Assembly: GCA_035485055.1 (NCBI GenBank)
Contig: DATHOJ010000083.1
Span: 55,966 to 119,965, forward strand
Direction: 5' to 3'
Length of the DNA: 64,000 nt
DNA from: Bryobacteraceae bacterium
Lineage (GTDB): Bacteria > Acidobacteriota > Terriglobia > Bryobacterales > Bryobacteraceae
This document shows positions 31,450-40,754 of this stretch, one piece after another. The translations under genes were made by a program, and so were the position numbers. The notes below the pieces were generated by a model. That model made no database searches, was not told the DNA's origin, and saw only the letters and a program-made list of their open reading frames with translations. Position 1 is the first letter of the stretch. Every line of letters starts with the position of its first letter.

Positions 31450-31570
31450 TCAAGAAGCGTAACGTCATCCGCACGGCAACACAATCGAGCCCGCGTCGAA
31501 CAAACTACGCCCTTGGTGTTATGCGGCTACTACCCTGTGGTTTGAACAAGAGTCCCACCGGAATTAATGA

Positions 31571-32194
31571 CTATCTGGGCGGGAGGCTGAATTTGTCGGC
31601 CATGCGGACTAATTCAATCAACGAGCCAGCTCGCATCTTCGTCATGACGTGACCCCGGTGGATCTTTACGGTTGCTTCGCTGGCGCCGATCTTCGCCGCG
31701 ATGTGCTTATTAAGCATGCCTGAAATCACAAGGGTCATCACCTCGCGTTCACGCGCGGTTAGTGTATCGTAACGTTCACGCAACTCGTTGATTTCAGTCA
31801 ATTGCTCGCGTGCTGCCCGGTCACGTTGAAGCGCCTGCTGAATCGCGTCCAAAAGATCCTGATCCCGAAAAGGTTTGGTCAAAAACTCGACAGCACCCGA
31901 TTTCAGGGCTCTGACCGACATCGGAATGTCTCCATGCGCCGTGATAAAGATAATAGGGATACGCAGACCCATTTCCGCCAACTTTCGCTGGAAATCGAGC
32001 CCACTCATCTGAGGTAGCCTGATGTCAAGAACCAGGCAACTCGGGTCGGAGGTGCGTGGCTTTTTGAGAAACTCCTCACCAGTTGAAAACGTCTCGGCAC
32101 GAAGTCCAACTGACTCGACGAGATCCTGAATCGCCTGACGCATGCCCCGGTCATCATCGATGACGAACACAATAGATGCAGCAGCGCTTTTCAT
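31571..32194 (-). CDS. response regulator, FixJ/LuxR-type (REC plus HTH LuxR)
   Basis: [14 protein letters not shown]..., [89 protein letters not shown] overlap with the upstream kinase gene. Confidence 0.9.
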   Translation of the reverse strand: MKSAAASIVFVIDDDRGMRQAIQDLVESVGLRAETFSTGEEFLKKPRTSDPSCLVLDIRLPQMSGLDFQRKLAEMGLRIPIIFITAHGDIPMSVRALKSGAVEFLTKPFRDQDLLDAIQQALQRDRAAREQLTEINELRERYDTLTAREREVMTLVISGMLNKHIAAKIGASEATVKIHRGHVMTKMRAGSLIELVRMADKFSLPPR

Positions 32195-35100
32195 GCATGT
32201 GCCTCAGCTCCACAGGGGAGAGTGAAATGAAAAGTCGCGCCGGGCCCTTGATTCGCGGTGAACCACACTTTTCCGCCATATGACTCGACAATCGAACGCG
32301 TAATGGTTAGTCCCATTCCCGTGCCGTGTGGTTTCGTCGTATGAAAAGGATCAAAAATCAGTTCCGCACTTTCCCCCGGTAATCCTACACCAGTGTCGCC
32401 GATGGAGACTGCCAGTTGACCTTCGGAATTGACCTCTGACCTGACCGTCAACGCCCCGCCGCAGTCTCTCATGGCTTCAATCCCGTTTAGCATCAAGTTC
32501 ATGAGGACCTGTTGCAACTGCACTCGGTCCGCCAGAATGTTGGGAATATCCGATTCCAGTTCGGTGTGGATTGTTACACCATGGCGAGCGGCCTCCGTCT
32601 GTAGTAGGACCCGCATTTCTTCGATGGTTCCCTTAACGTCAACCACTTGGCGCTCACCCGGAGTTCCTGTTTTGTAGAAGGCTCGCAGACTGTTGATAAT
32701 ATCAGCCGCCCGGTTTCCCTCCCGATCAATCCTGGCGGCCGCTGCGCGTGCTCTTTCCAGATCCGGTGGATCATGAGCGAGCCATCGCAAACAAGCATTG
32801 GCACTTGTAATCGAGGCGGCAATCGGCTGTTTGATCTCATGCGCCAGCGCGGCGGCCAGTTCTCCCATCATGTTGACCCGGTTGATGTGCGCGAGATCAG
32901 CCTCTAACCGGCGCAACCGTTCGCGCTCCTCCTCCCCGCGCTTTCGATCCGTTATGTCCGCTGTGATGCCGATGTAATAGCCAATTTCTTCAGACGGATT
33001 GCGATGTCCTATCGCGCGCAGAAATCGAATCGTGCCATCGGAACGACAAATCCGATACTCTCGAAGGTCGAAATCCGCACCTGTTCTGATTGCGTCTTCG
33101 ATGGCAGCTGTCACACCCGGCCTGTCTTCCGGATGAATCGTGTCGTAAAAACGCTCCAGTGGAATTGGGCCTTCTCGAGGATCGAAACCATGCAGGCGAA
33201 AAGTCTCATCCGAAATGTGATGTATCTGCCCTGTCCTGTAATTGGTTGCCCAACTGCCGATGTGAGCCAAGCCCTGCGCTTCTGCAAAGTAAGCTTGCTC
33301 TCGTCGCAACTCCTGCGTCAATAGCTCATGCGCTGTGACGTCTATTGTGGTGCCATGGAATCCCTGAAAAACTCCATCTTCGAACACAGGGACACCGACG
33401 CAACGAACGTACCGCAACTCTCCGTCGGGCCGAATAATTCGATGGGTCGCATCGCAGCTACAGCGCTGCTCATGCATCCTCTTCATCGTTTCCGCCATTG
33501 ACGCTCGGTCCTGTGGATGGATCTCGGCCAGAAACTGCTGAAGGTTCGGAGTCCCGCTTTTCGGGTCAAGCCCAAAGATCTTGTAGACCTCGTCAGACCA
33601 ATAGATATCTAAATCGTCCGACCAACGGATACCTAGATCTCTTGACGCCCAGCTCCCCATATGAGCAAGACGCTCGCCTTCACTTAGGTAGAACTGGCTC
33701 CTCCTTAGGGCTTGTTCTGCGAGTTTGCGCTCAGTGATGTCCTGACATGTACCGAACAGTTCGTACGCGGTTCCCGAGGCATCTCTTTTCACAGTTCCCA
33801 GGACTTGAACAAATCGCACTTCGCCGTCCGGACGAATGATGCGATGTTCCGCCTTCAAGCGGGTTCCATTACGAATGGTTTCCTCCACTACTCGGGCGGC
33901 ATATTCCCGATCCTCTGGGTGAATCTTTTCGAAAACGACCGTCATGTCAATGGGGCCTTTTGCCGGCGGTAGCCCCCAGATACGACAAAGTTCGGCGGAC
34001 CAAGTGACGTGATTCTCGACAGGGTTAAATTCGTAATGTCCTATGTGAGCCACTCGTTGAGCTTCTTCGAGCCTGGCGTTGCTTTGGTGTAACGCGCTTG
34101 ATAGGGTCTGGCGTTCTTCCTCGACGTGTTTCCGGTCGGTGATGTCCTGGGTTGTACCGAACATTTGGGTTCGCCCCTCTGAAGTTTTCTTCAAGTCACC
34201 CAAGCTATGTACGACGCGCATTTCCCCGTCGGGACGAATTAGCCGATGTTCCGAGTCAGCGCGCGTCCCAGTACGAATAGCCTCTTCTGCTGTCCGAAAT
34301 ACGCTCTCTCGATCACTAGGGTGGATCATTTCACTTACTTTCCCTATGTCAAAGGAGCCAGCCCGTGGCGCCAGACCAAAAATGCGATAGGTTTCTTCGG
34401 ACCAGATGACCTGATTCGTCTCCAGGTCCCATACCCAGTAGCCAAGATGAGCAACGCGTTGTGCTTCTTCGAGCCACGCTTTGCTTTCTTGCAAGTCCTG
34501 AGACAAGGCATGGCGAGCTTCCTCTGCCCGCTTCAATTCCGTAATGTCTTGAACGGTACCGAACAGTTTGCGGGCTCTTAGGGATTCTCCATCGTCTGGA
34601 TCGCCCGGCAGGGCGCTCCAAAGCTTAGAGGTGATGGCGTGTACCGTGCGCACTTCTCCGTTTGGAGTGACGATCCGAAACTCCGCAATGGGGTGCACGC
34701 CGGCATCAATCTCCACGTCCACTCCGCTGTAGAGAGCCTCTCGGTCCTCCGGGTGGACCATTCCGCGGACCGTCGCGAAGTCCATTGGCCGTTCTTCCGG
34801 TTTGAGCCCAAAGATACGATAGGTCTCGGCCGACCAAACCACCACATTTGTCTCAAGGTCCCACTCCCAGTACCCCACATGTGCGACGCGCTGTGCTTCT
34901 TCAAGCCTAGCCTTGTTCTCTTGTAGCTCGCGAGACAACAACAGGCTCGTAAGCAGCGTTGCGATTCGCTGCCCGATCGCTTTGAATAATCTTTGTTCCT
35001 GCTGGGTCCAGTTCCGCGCACAAGTGCATTGCTCCAGACCCAACATGTACGGCTTGTCCATCTTCGGATGGATAGCCACACAGATTTGGGACCGGACGCC

Positions 35101-35484
35101 GGGACGGGCTGATATCGCTTCGCTATTTTCCGTCCCGAAACAAACGGGACCTTCTGAAGCGCTAACGAGGCGATGCATATCAGCCATAGCCGCGTCTACC
35201 GTCACATCAAGGCTGACCGGCACAGAATGGGCAAGCGTCGGGCGTGCGCAGTCCGCCACCGTTCGCCATGTCTTGCTCTCCGGATCACAGGGATAGGTTA
35301 TCCACGCTCGATCGCAGTCGAAAATGGACAACATGGCATCGAGTACGTGGGCCGTCTGTTGGAGATCGTCGGTGTCCTGAATAGCTTGGTTGACCCGGTC
35401 CATACCCTCGAGAAACCAGAGCCGATCCTGCGACAATTCGTCGGTTTCCCCGCCTTCCGCCATACCTCTGTTTTTCGGTTCCAT
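32191..35484 (-). CDS. multi-PAS sensor histidine kinase (GAF-like N-domain, five PAS modules, HisKA, HATPase_c)
   Basis: Five repeats of LEEAQRVAH(V/L/I)[20 protein letters not shown]...IHPEDR...[12 protein letters not shown]...G..QDITERK. H-box [17 protein letters not shown] boxes [29 protein letters not shown]. The start codon is uncertain (35484 or 35556). Confidence 0.9.
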   Translation of the reverse strand: MEPKNRGMAEGGETDELSQDRLWFLEGMDRVNQAIQDTDDLQQTAHVLDAMLSIFDCDRAWITYPCDPESKTWRTVADCARPTLAHSVPVSLDVTVDAAMADMHRLVSASEGPVCFGTENSEAISARPGVRSQICVAIHPKMDKPYMLGLEQCTCARNWTQQEQRLFKAIGQRIATLLTSLLLSRELQENKARLEEAQRVAHVGYWEWDLETNVVVWSAETYRIFGLKPEERPMDFATVRGMVHPEDREALYSGVDVEIDAGVHPIAEFRIVTPNGEVRTVHAITSKLWSALPGDPDDGESLRARKLFGTVQDITELKRAEEARHALSQDLQESKAWLEEAQRVAHLGYWVWDLETNQVIWSEETYRIFGLAPRAGSFDIGKVSEMIHPSDRESVFRTAEEAIRTGTRADSEHRLIRPDGEMRVVHSLGDLKKTSEGRTQMFGTTQDITDRKHVEEERQTLSSALHQSNARLEEAQRVAHIGHYEFNPVENHVTWSAELCRIWGLPPAKGPIDMTVVFEKIHPEDREYAARVVEETIRNGTRLKAEHRIIRPDGEVRFVQVLGTVKRDASGTAYELFGTCQDITERKLAEQALRRSQFYLSEGERLAHMGSWASRDLGIRWSDDLDIYWSDEVYKIFGLDPKSGTPNLQQFLAEIHPQDRASMAETMKRMHEQRCSCDATHRIIRPDGELRYVRCVGVPVFEDGVFQGFHGTTIDVTAHELLTQELRREQAYFAEAQGLAHIGSWATNYRTGQIHHISDETFRLHGFDPREGPIPLERFYDTIHPEDRPGVTAAIEDAIRTGADFDLREYRICRSDGTIRFLRAIGHRNPSEEIGYYIGITADITDRKRGEEERERLRRLEADLAHINRVNMMGELAAALAHEIKQPIAASITSANACLRWLAHDPPDLERARAAAARIDREGNRAADIINSLRAFYKTGTPGERQVVDVKGTIEEMRVLLQTEAARHGVTIHTELESDIPNILADRVQLQQVLMNLMLNGIEAMRDCGGALTVRSEVNSEGQLAVSIGDTGVGLPGESAELIFDPFHTTKPHGTGMGLTITRSIVESYGGKVWFTANQGPGATFHFTLPCGAEAHA

Positions 35485-35654
35485 GAACGCCCTATTCGAC
35501 GACAGACATCTCACACATTCTAGGCGGAAGGGTCGCCCGCATGGGAGCCTTCGCAACTCGACTGCGCTGCTCGCAGGGGCTTTCCATCCGCCACTCCTCC
35601 CGAAGACGCAAGCGGCAACATGTCTGCCACCCCGTCATTACGTTTGGAATTCCC

Positions 35655-36689
35655 TCATAGATCGGAGTTCCCTTCCATATCTTGCACGGTCTTCCGCTGA
35701 ACGATCCCGAGTTTTTGCATGCGTGACGCCAAAGTAGTTCGCGGCAACCCGAGGCGCGACGCTGCGCCGTTCGGGCCCGATACGACGCCGTTGGTTTCCT
35801 TGAGGACGTGAAGAATGTGGCTCCGCTCCGTTTCCGCCAGCATTCGTCTCATCGCGCCGGTTGGAGGTGATGCAGCCCTCAGCTCCTCGGTCGAAATCTC
35901 CACCGTAGTACCGGATGAGCGGATAACCGCGCGCTCGATGACATTTTGTAGTTCCCGAACATTGCCGGGCCACGTGTGGCGCCGGAGACATTTGAGTGCC
36001 TCGTCCGCAATCTGACTCACGTCCTTATTCATTTGCGATGAGAGTATGCGGATAAAGTGCTTGGTAATGAGCGGGATGTCATCCAGTCGGTCCCTCAGGG
36101 GTGGGATCAGGATGGGAAACACGTTCAACCGGTAGAAAAGATCCGCCCGGAATCGCCGCTGCGAGACCATTTGCTCCAAGTCAGAATTCGTGGCAGCGAT
36201 CACGCGCACATCGACGCGGATCGTGCATCCGCCGCCAACACGCTCGCACTCCCGTTCCTGCAGCACCCGCAGGAGCTTCGGCTGCAACTCTAGCGGCAAT
36301 TCTCCGATTTCATCAAGAAAAAGCGTCCCGCCATGCGCTTGCTGAAAACGGCCGTCGGTCCGCGACAATGCCCCCGTGAATGCCCCGCGCTCATGGCCAA
36401 ACAACTCATTTTCGATCAGCCCGGCAGGCATTGCGGCGCAGTTCACCTTCACATAACGGCCGTGTTTGCGGGGACTTTCGTCGTGAACGGCCCTCGCGAC
36501 CAGTTCCTTGCCGGTGCCGGTTTCTCCTAAAATCAGAACCACTGAATTGGTCGGGGCGACCACCTCCAGCGCGCGCCAAACAGACCGGAGGCCCGGATTG
36601 GAGCGGATGAGAGCAGAGGTAGACAACTCTGGTACAGGCCCCATTGAGCTTGTTGCGATGAGGTCCTTCAAATCATCGTGCATAATCAT
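35655..36689 (-). CDS. sigma-54 enhancer-binding protein lacking any N-terminal sensory/receiver domain (PspF/HrpR-like architecture)
   Basis: About 30 residues, then [69 protein letters not shown]-terminal [23 protein letters not shown]. Confidence 0.9.
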   Translation of the reverse strand: MIMHDDLKDLIATSSMGPVPELSTSALIRSNPGLRSVWRALEVVAPTNSVVLILGETGTGKELVARAVHDESPRKHGRYVKVNCAAMPAGLIENELFGHERGAFTGALSRTDGRFQQAHGGTLFLDEIGELPLELQPKLLRVLQERECERVGGGCTIRVDVRVIAATNSDLEQMVSQRRFRADLFYRLNVFPILIPPLRDRLDDIPLITKHFIRILSSQMNKDVSQIADEALKCLRRHTWPGNVRELQNVIERAVIRSSGTTVEISTEELRAASPPTGAMRRMLAETERSHILHVLKETNGVVSGPNGAASRLGLPRTTLASRMQKLGIVQRKTVQDMEGNSDL

Positions 36690-37107
36690 TTTTTTCGGCT
36701 CTCATGCAGTCACGTGTCATGCTAAACGGGCGCGGAAGCCCCAAGTCGCTTTTGCTGTCGGGCGCCTCACCCTCCACTGCAGGCGGCCGACTTGAGCTTC
36801 AACAGCGTCACGTCTGCCATCATTTCCTCATCGGATATCTCCTTCTGTTGTCGCGAACCGGTACAGACGGTCCCGGCGCGGTCCATGGTCCGCTCGCTTT
36901 CCACGTCAGCGCCAGCAGTGACTAGAAACAAGCTCATGCTAACGCAGGATGGGGTCGAAACGATATTACATATTGTGGGTAGTTCCGCCCGTTTAGCGGT
37001 TTTGCCACCTTACGCACGCACTTTGTCTCTTTTCGTATTTTTTCGAACGACGACTCAAAATATGTAATGGACGAACCGTCCGTCGCTGCCATCAAGGAGA
37101 AGAATGC

Positions 37108-37215
37108 ATGAACATAATCACGAAGCACTATATCGACGGAGCGTTCGTCGAATCCCACGGCATCAAAATTATTGGAGGTCACGAGACGCGCCTATGCTTG
37201 CAAAGGCTCGGCTAG
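37108..37215 (+). pseudogene. aldehyde dehydrogenase start stub (about 20 homologous codons)
   Basis: AAGGAGAA RBS, then MNIITKHYIDGAFVESHG, a typical ALDH N-terminus. Unrelated sequence follows, with a stop at 37213. Confidence 0.35.
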
Positions 37216-37344
37216 AAAACTGAACGGATAACCCAAGTAAACAGGCTCTTTCATCCCTTATGCACTGTGGCGCCGGTCCTGCTCCGGCGTAAGAGTGGAA
37301 CTGCCGTCAACGCGCTTTGACGGCCTACGCAAACGAGACGGATG

Positions 37345-38928
37345 TCAGGCTTCAAGAGCTGAGCGCATTTCTGGCCATTCGATAACCGCGGCGAGCGGCT
37401 GCGGAGTTGTTGGAATCACCCCATCGAGCGCCTTGCGCAACTTGAGGAAGCAGGATCGCGTGAAGTCATAGGTACCTGCCGAAGGAAGTTCCTGCGCCAG
37501 GGTACTGCCGCGCTGCCATGCGCCGAATGCCTCTTTCTGCTCTCCCTTCAGCCATAAAAGAGCGGTCTTCGCCCGCCAATAATTGGCGTCAGTGTCGATC
37601 CTGTCTAACGTTTCGATCCGTTGCCACCACAGATCGGCCGCGGCGAGGTCCCGTTTAAAAAACGCATTTACGAACGCGAATTCGGCACAAATATCCTGCG
37701 GTTTTTCGAACTTACATTCTGCGAAAAGCGCCTCCGCCTCACCCATGTACGCGAGCGCCTCGGGGATCCGGTTCTTATCGATATAGTGTTTGCATGCCAC
37801 CAGCCGGAGCAGCAATCCGCGCTCGCCGTGTCGAACAAAATCGATGGCTTGGTTGATAACGTTCATGTCGAAGTCGCGCGGCCTTATTGGCGCTACTGCG
37901 CTGGTAGTCACCATCGCGAAGGCAAGATGGACTCGCGCCCATGGTCCATTCGTGAGGATCTGATAGATCTGCGCGCCATCCGAGTACTGGCTTTGCGGCT
38001 GGAGTGGAATCATATTGACAACGAAGCCGGCGATGGAGAGCGTCGCCAGCGTGCTGAGTAGGCTCCAATATGGCTGCCAGAAATGGCCGGCCGCGGTGAG
38101 GGTTATCATCGCGAAGATCGAGCCTGCTACTAGAGACGCAGCAGGACCGCCCATAAGCAACAAAGCTTGGCGCCTGCGCATATTGTGCAGGTCGGGGGCA
38201 ACCATCGCCACGCCCCCTCCATAGAACTTTCGCAATTGAAACTCGAATTTCCACTTCCCGTTGCGGACAGCCCATCGAAATGGCCCGACCTGCAACACGC
38301 GCAGTATTTTGCCGCAGGCCCATCCCGCGGCGACATGTCCCAGTTCGTGAAACAGCGTGGTGAGCAATACGGCGACGTTGAGCTGCGCCAGATAAGAAAT
38401 TAGCCGTGGACGGGCAAGCCCATGGGCCACCCCCCACTGGTTCCATAGCTGGAAGGCCAGCCAGATTATGCCCATCGAGATGGCTTGAGCGAAGTAATCG
38501 TGAAACTTACTGGTGCCGTCGCCGGCCATCCGCACTTTCTTCGGTGCGCTCGCGTCGTCTACTCCGATCGCCGAATCGCCGGCCAAATAGGCCACCAACC
38601 CGGCCAAGCCGAGGAACCCTCCCGTAAAGACGGTAAAAGGATATTGGCCCGGGTGCAGAAGCAAGTACAGACTGGAAGGCACCAGTGCTGCCGTGCTGGC
38701 GATAATCGCCCAGGTCCGCGCGGACCGCTTGCCCTTCTTCAGCATCCACCAGGCGATTCCTGCGGACACGTCCAGCGCGAGGGCGCCCATGATCGTGGCG
38801 ATCAGGTGCACGCGGTTGAATTCGGTCCGCCCCTGCGATATCAGGAATAAGACACCGATAATGCTAGCTAGAAGACCCAGGGCTTTGAGACCCAGCCAGA
38901 AACGAATAAGTTTACGAAACAATAGCAT
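37345..38928 (-). CDS. M50 (site-2-protease-like) membrane metalloprotease with a C-terminal soluble helical (TPR-like) region
   Basis: Multiple TM helices. HExxH motif as LFHELGHVAAG. Second M50 motif as VVNMIPLQPQSQYSDGAQIY (NxxPxxxxDG). The helical tail is about 200 aa. Confidence 0.75.
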   Translation of the reverse strand: MLLFRKLIRFWLGLKALGLLASIIGVLFLISQGRTEFNRVHLIATIMGALALDVSAGIAWWMLKKGKRSARTWAIIASTAALVPSSLYLLLHPGQYPFTVFTGGFLGLAGLVAYLAGDSAIGVDDASAPKKVRMAGDGTSKFHDYFAQAISMGIIWLAFQLWNQWGVAHGLARPRLISYLAQLNVAVLLTTLFHELGHVAAGWACGKILRVLQVGPFRWAVRNGKWKFEFQLRKFYGGGVAMVAPDLHNMRRRQALLLMGGPAASLVAGSIFAMITLTAAGHFWQPYWSLLSTLATLSIAGFVVNMIPLQPQSQYSDGAQIYQILTNGPWARVHLAFAMVTTSAVAPIRPRDFDMNVINQAIDFVRHGERGLLLRLVACKHYIDKNRIPEALAYMGEAEALFAECKFEKPQDICAEFAFVNAFFKRDLAAADLWWQRIETLDRIDTDANYWRAKTALLWLKGEQKEAFGAWQRGSTLAQELPSAGTYDFTRSCFLKLRKALDGVIPTTPQPLAAVIEWPEMRSALEA

Positions 38929-39185
38929 CTATTTCCACGATCGTTGATCGTGCGATCCGTCGAGTAGCGGGTTTTTACCAAGTTTGGAATCGGAACGCCC
39001 TTACGACGCCGCCTTCCCACGCTGAGTTTACGAATCTGCCTCTTACTCTTGCCGCATTCCCGTGCCGGCGCGGATGGGAGTGGCTCTACGGTAACAACAC
39101 CGCTCGCCGTGCCCAGTATGCCGCCGAGGTGTTCTAGCCGCCGGGGAAACCACGAACAACCACAAGCTGAAGCAAGCCAGTCATC

Positions 39186-39950
39186 TTATCGGACTCCGCC
39201 CTCCGTTCGCGGCCGGCGGGCCAGCCGGGTTACGAATCGGATCTGGTCGCCTCGGTAATAGAGTTTTTCGTAATCGACCGGCTGATACCCCGCCGTATAC
39301 GAAGTGCGCTCAATCAGGAATATCGGGCTGCCGGCGGCAATACCGAGCGCCCGCGCTACTGTCGTATCAGCAGATACCGCTTCCAGGCGGTACACCGCTT
39401 CCACCAAAGGCGTGTCGTACTTCTGCTCGAGCAATGAGAAGATCGGTTCCGTTTCCAGATCGTTCTCCAGGATTCTCTCGCCGATCTCCCGTGGTAAATA
39501 GGTTTCATCAAAGGACAGCGGAGAATTGTCCGCCGATCGGACGCGTTGAATGCGGACCACTGGAGTTCCCGCGATGATCCCGAGTTGACGGGCTACAGAG
39601 TCACTCGCTGGCACTATCTGTTTATCTAGCAGGCGGGCGGACGCCTGGCGGCCGAGAGACTGCATGTCTTCCACGAATCCGCTTAATTCGGTCAGCTCCT
39701 GCGTAATCTTGGGTTCTAAGACGAAAGTGCCCTTGCCACGCCGGATCTCGATCAGTCCGCGCCGTATAAGGTTCTGAATTGTCTGCCGAACGGTGGTGCG
39801 GCTGACCGCATATCGTTTGACGAGGTCCTCCTCGTTCGGCAGGCGACTCGCCGGAGGAAGAGCGCCGGCCGCGATTTCAGCGGCAAGCAGCGATTCGAGC
39901 TGAGCATAAAGCGGCACTGGGCTCTGAGGATCAATCGTCAATATTGACAT
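39186..39950 (-). CDS. GntR family transcriptional regulator, HutC subfamily (wHTH plus UTRA)
   Basis: PLYAQLESLLAAEIAAGALPPASRLPNEEDLVKRYAVSRTTVRQTIQNLIRRGLIEIRRGKGTFV, followed by a UTRA-like C-domain. Confidence 0.9.
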   Translation of the reverse strand: MSILTIDPQSPVPLYAQLESLLAAEIAAGALPPASRLPNEEDLVKRYAVSRTTVRQTIQNLIRRGLIEIRRGKGTFVLEPKITQELTELSGFVEDMQSLGRQASARLLDKQIVPASDSVARQLGIIAGTPVVRIQRVRSADNSPLSFDETYLPREIGERILENDLETEPIFSLLEQKYDTPLVEAVYRLEAVSADTTVARALGIAAGSPIFLIERTSYTAGYQPVDYEKLYYRGDQIRFVTRLARRPRTEGGVR

Positions 39951-39978
39951 AGTGACATAGTGATGTCATGATGTCAAT
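39943..39978. promoter_or_regulatory. candidate GntR operator: nested TGACAT/ATGTCA inverted repeats
   Basis: ATTGACATAGTGACATAGTGATGTCATGATGTCAAT. The outer 8-bp arms ATTGACAT/ATGTCAAT are perfect. The left arm contains the GntR start codon, and the site lies in the 65-bp gap to the divergent DoxX gene. Confidence 0.45.
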
Positions 39979-40015
39979 AGAGTTCGGCGATCGATTCTTA
40001 CCTTGAAGTGACACC

Positions 40016-40540
40016 ATGAAGACATTGATCGATTTCGTTCTTAGATTATCGACCCGGTTGCCAATGGTTCGCTGGTCCCCTATTCCACTGCGGCTGATCA
40101 TTGGATTTGGGTTTATGCAACATGGGTTTGCCAAGCTGTCCAGAGGGCCCGGCATGTTTGCCGCGGTTCTCCAGGGGATGGGCGTCCCCGCCCCGCACCT
40201 GATGGCGTGGTTGACGATCCTTACCGAAGTGCTCGGCGGCTTGGCCGTACTGCTAGGCGCATTTGTGACGATTGTCAGCGTGCCACTGACGGCTGTCTTA
40301 TTGGTGGCCATGTTCAAAGTGCACTTGCGGTATGGATTCAGCTCCATCAAGCTCCTCGCCGTGACCGCGACCGGCGCGAAGTTCGGACCGGTGGGTTATG
40401 AGATAATCCTGCTCTATATCGCTTGCCTGGCAGCCCTAGTCATCGGTGGTTCCGGCCCATTCGCGATCGATGGACTTCTCTGCAAGCGCTTCGAAGCACG
40501 AACAAGCACCGGCGGGATCCATGCAGCTACCGTGCGGTGA
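40016..40540 (+). CDS. DoxX family membrane protein
   Basis: LRLIIGFGFMQHGFAKL..., MAWLTILTEVLGGLAVLLGAFVTIVSVPLTAVLLVAMFKVH, four TM helices. Confidence 0.85.
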   Translation: MKTLIDFVLRLSTRLPMVRWSPIPLRLIIGFGFMQHGFAKLSRGPGMFAAVLQGMGVPAPHLMAWLTILTEVLGGLAVLLGAFVTIVSVPLTAVLLVAMFKVHLRYGFSSIKLLAVTATGAKFGPVGYEIILLYIACLAALVIGGSGPFAIDGLLCKRFEARTSTGGIHAATVR

Positions 40541-40754
40541 CGACGTTACTACCCGGGAAGCGTTGGAATCCTTAGGGTTGGAGTCAACTCCGTCGTGTAC
40601 GTAAATTCTGACGTTCCCGGGTATTGGCAGGCGCTCCGGACCACGATAACCTGCCTGAAGTGAGCGGAATAGATCAATTCAAGCCTTCTTGGCTGCGCAA
40701 GTCATCTATAATACGGAAATACAATTGCATTCGAATCCGCCAGCCTCCTTTCGA

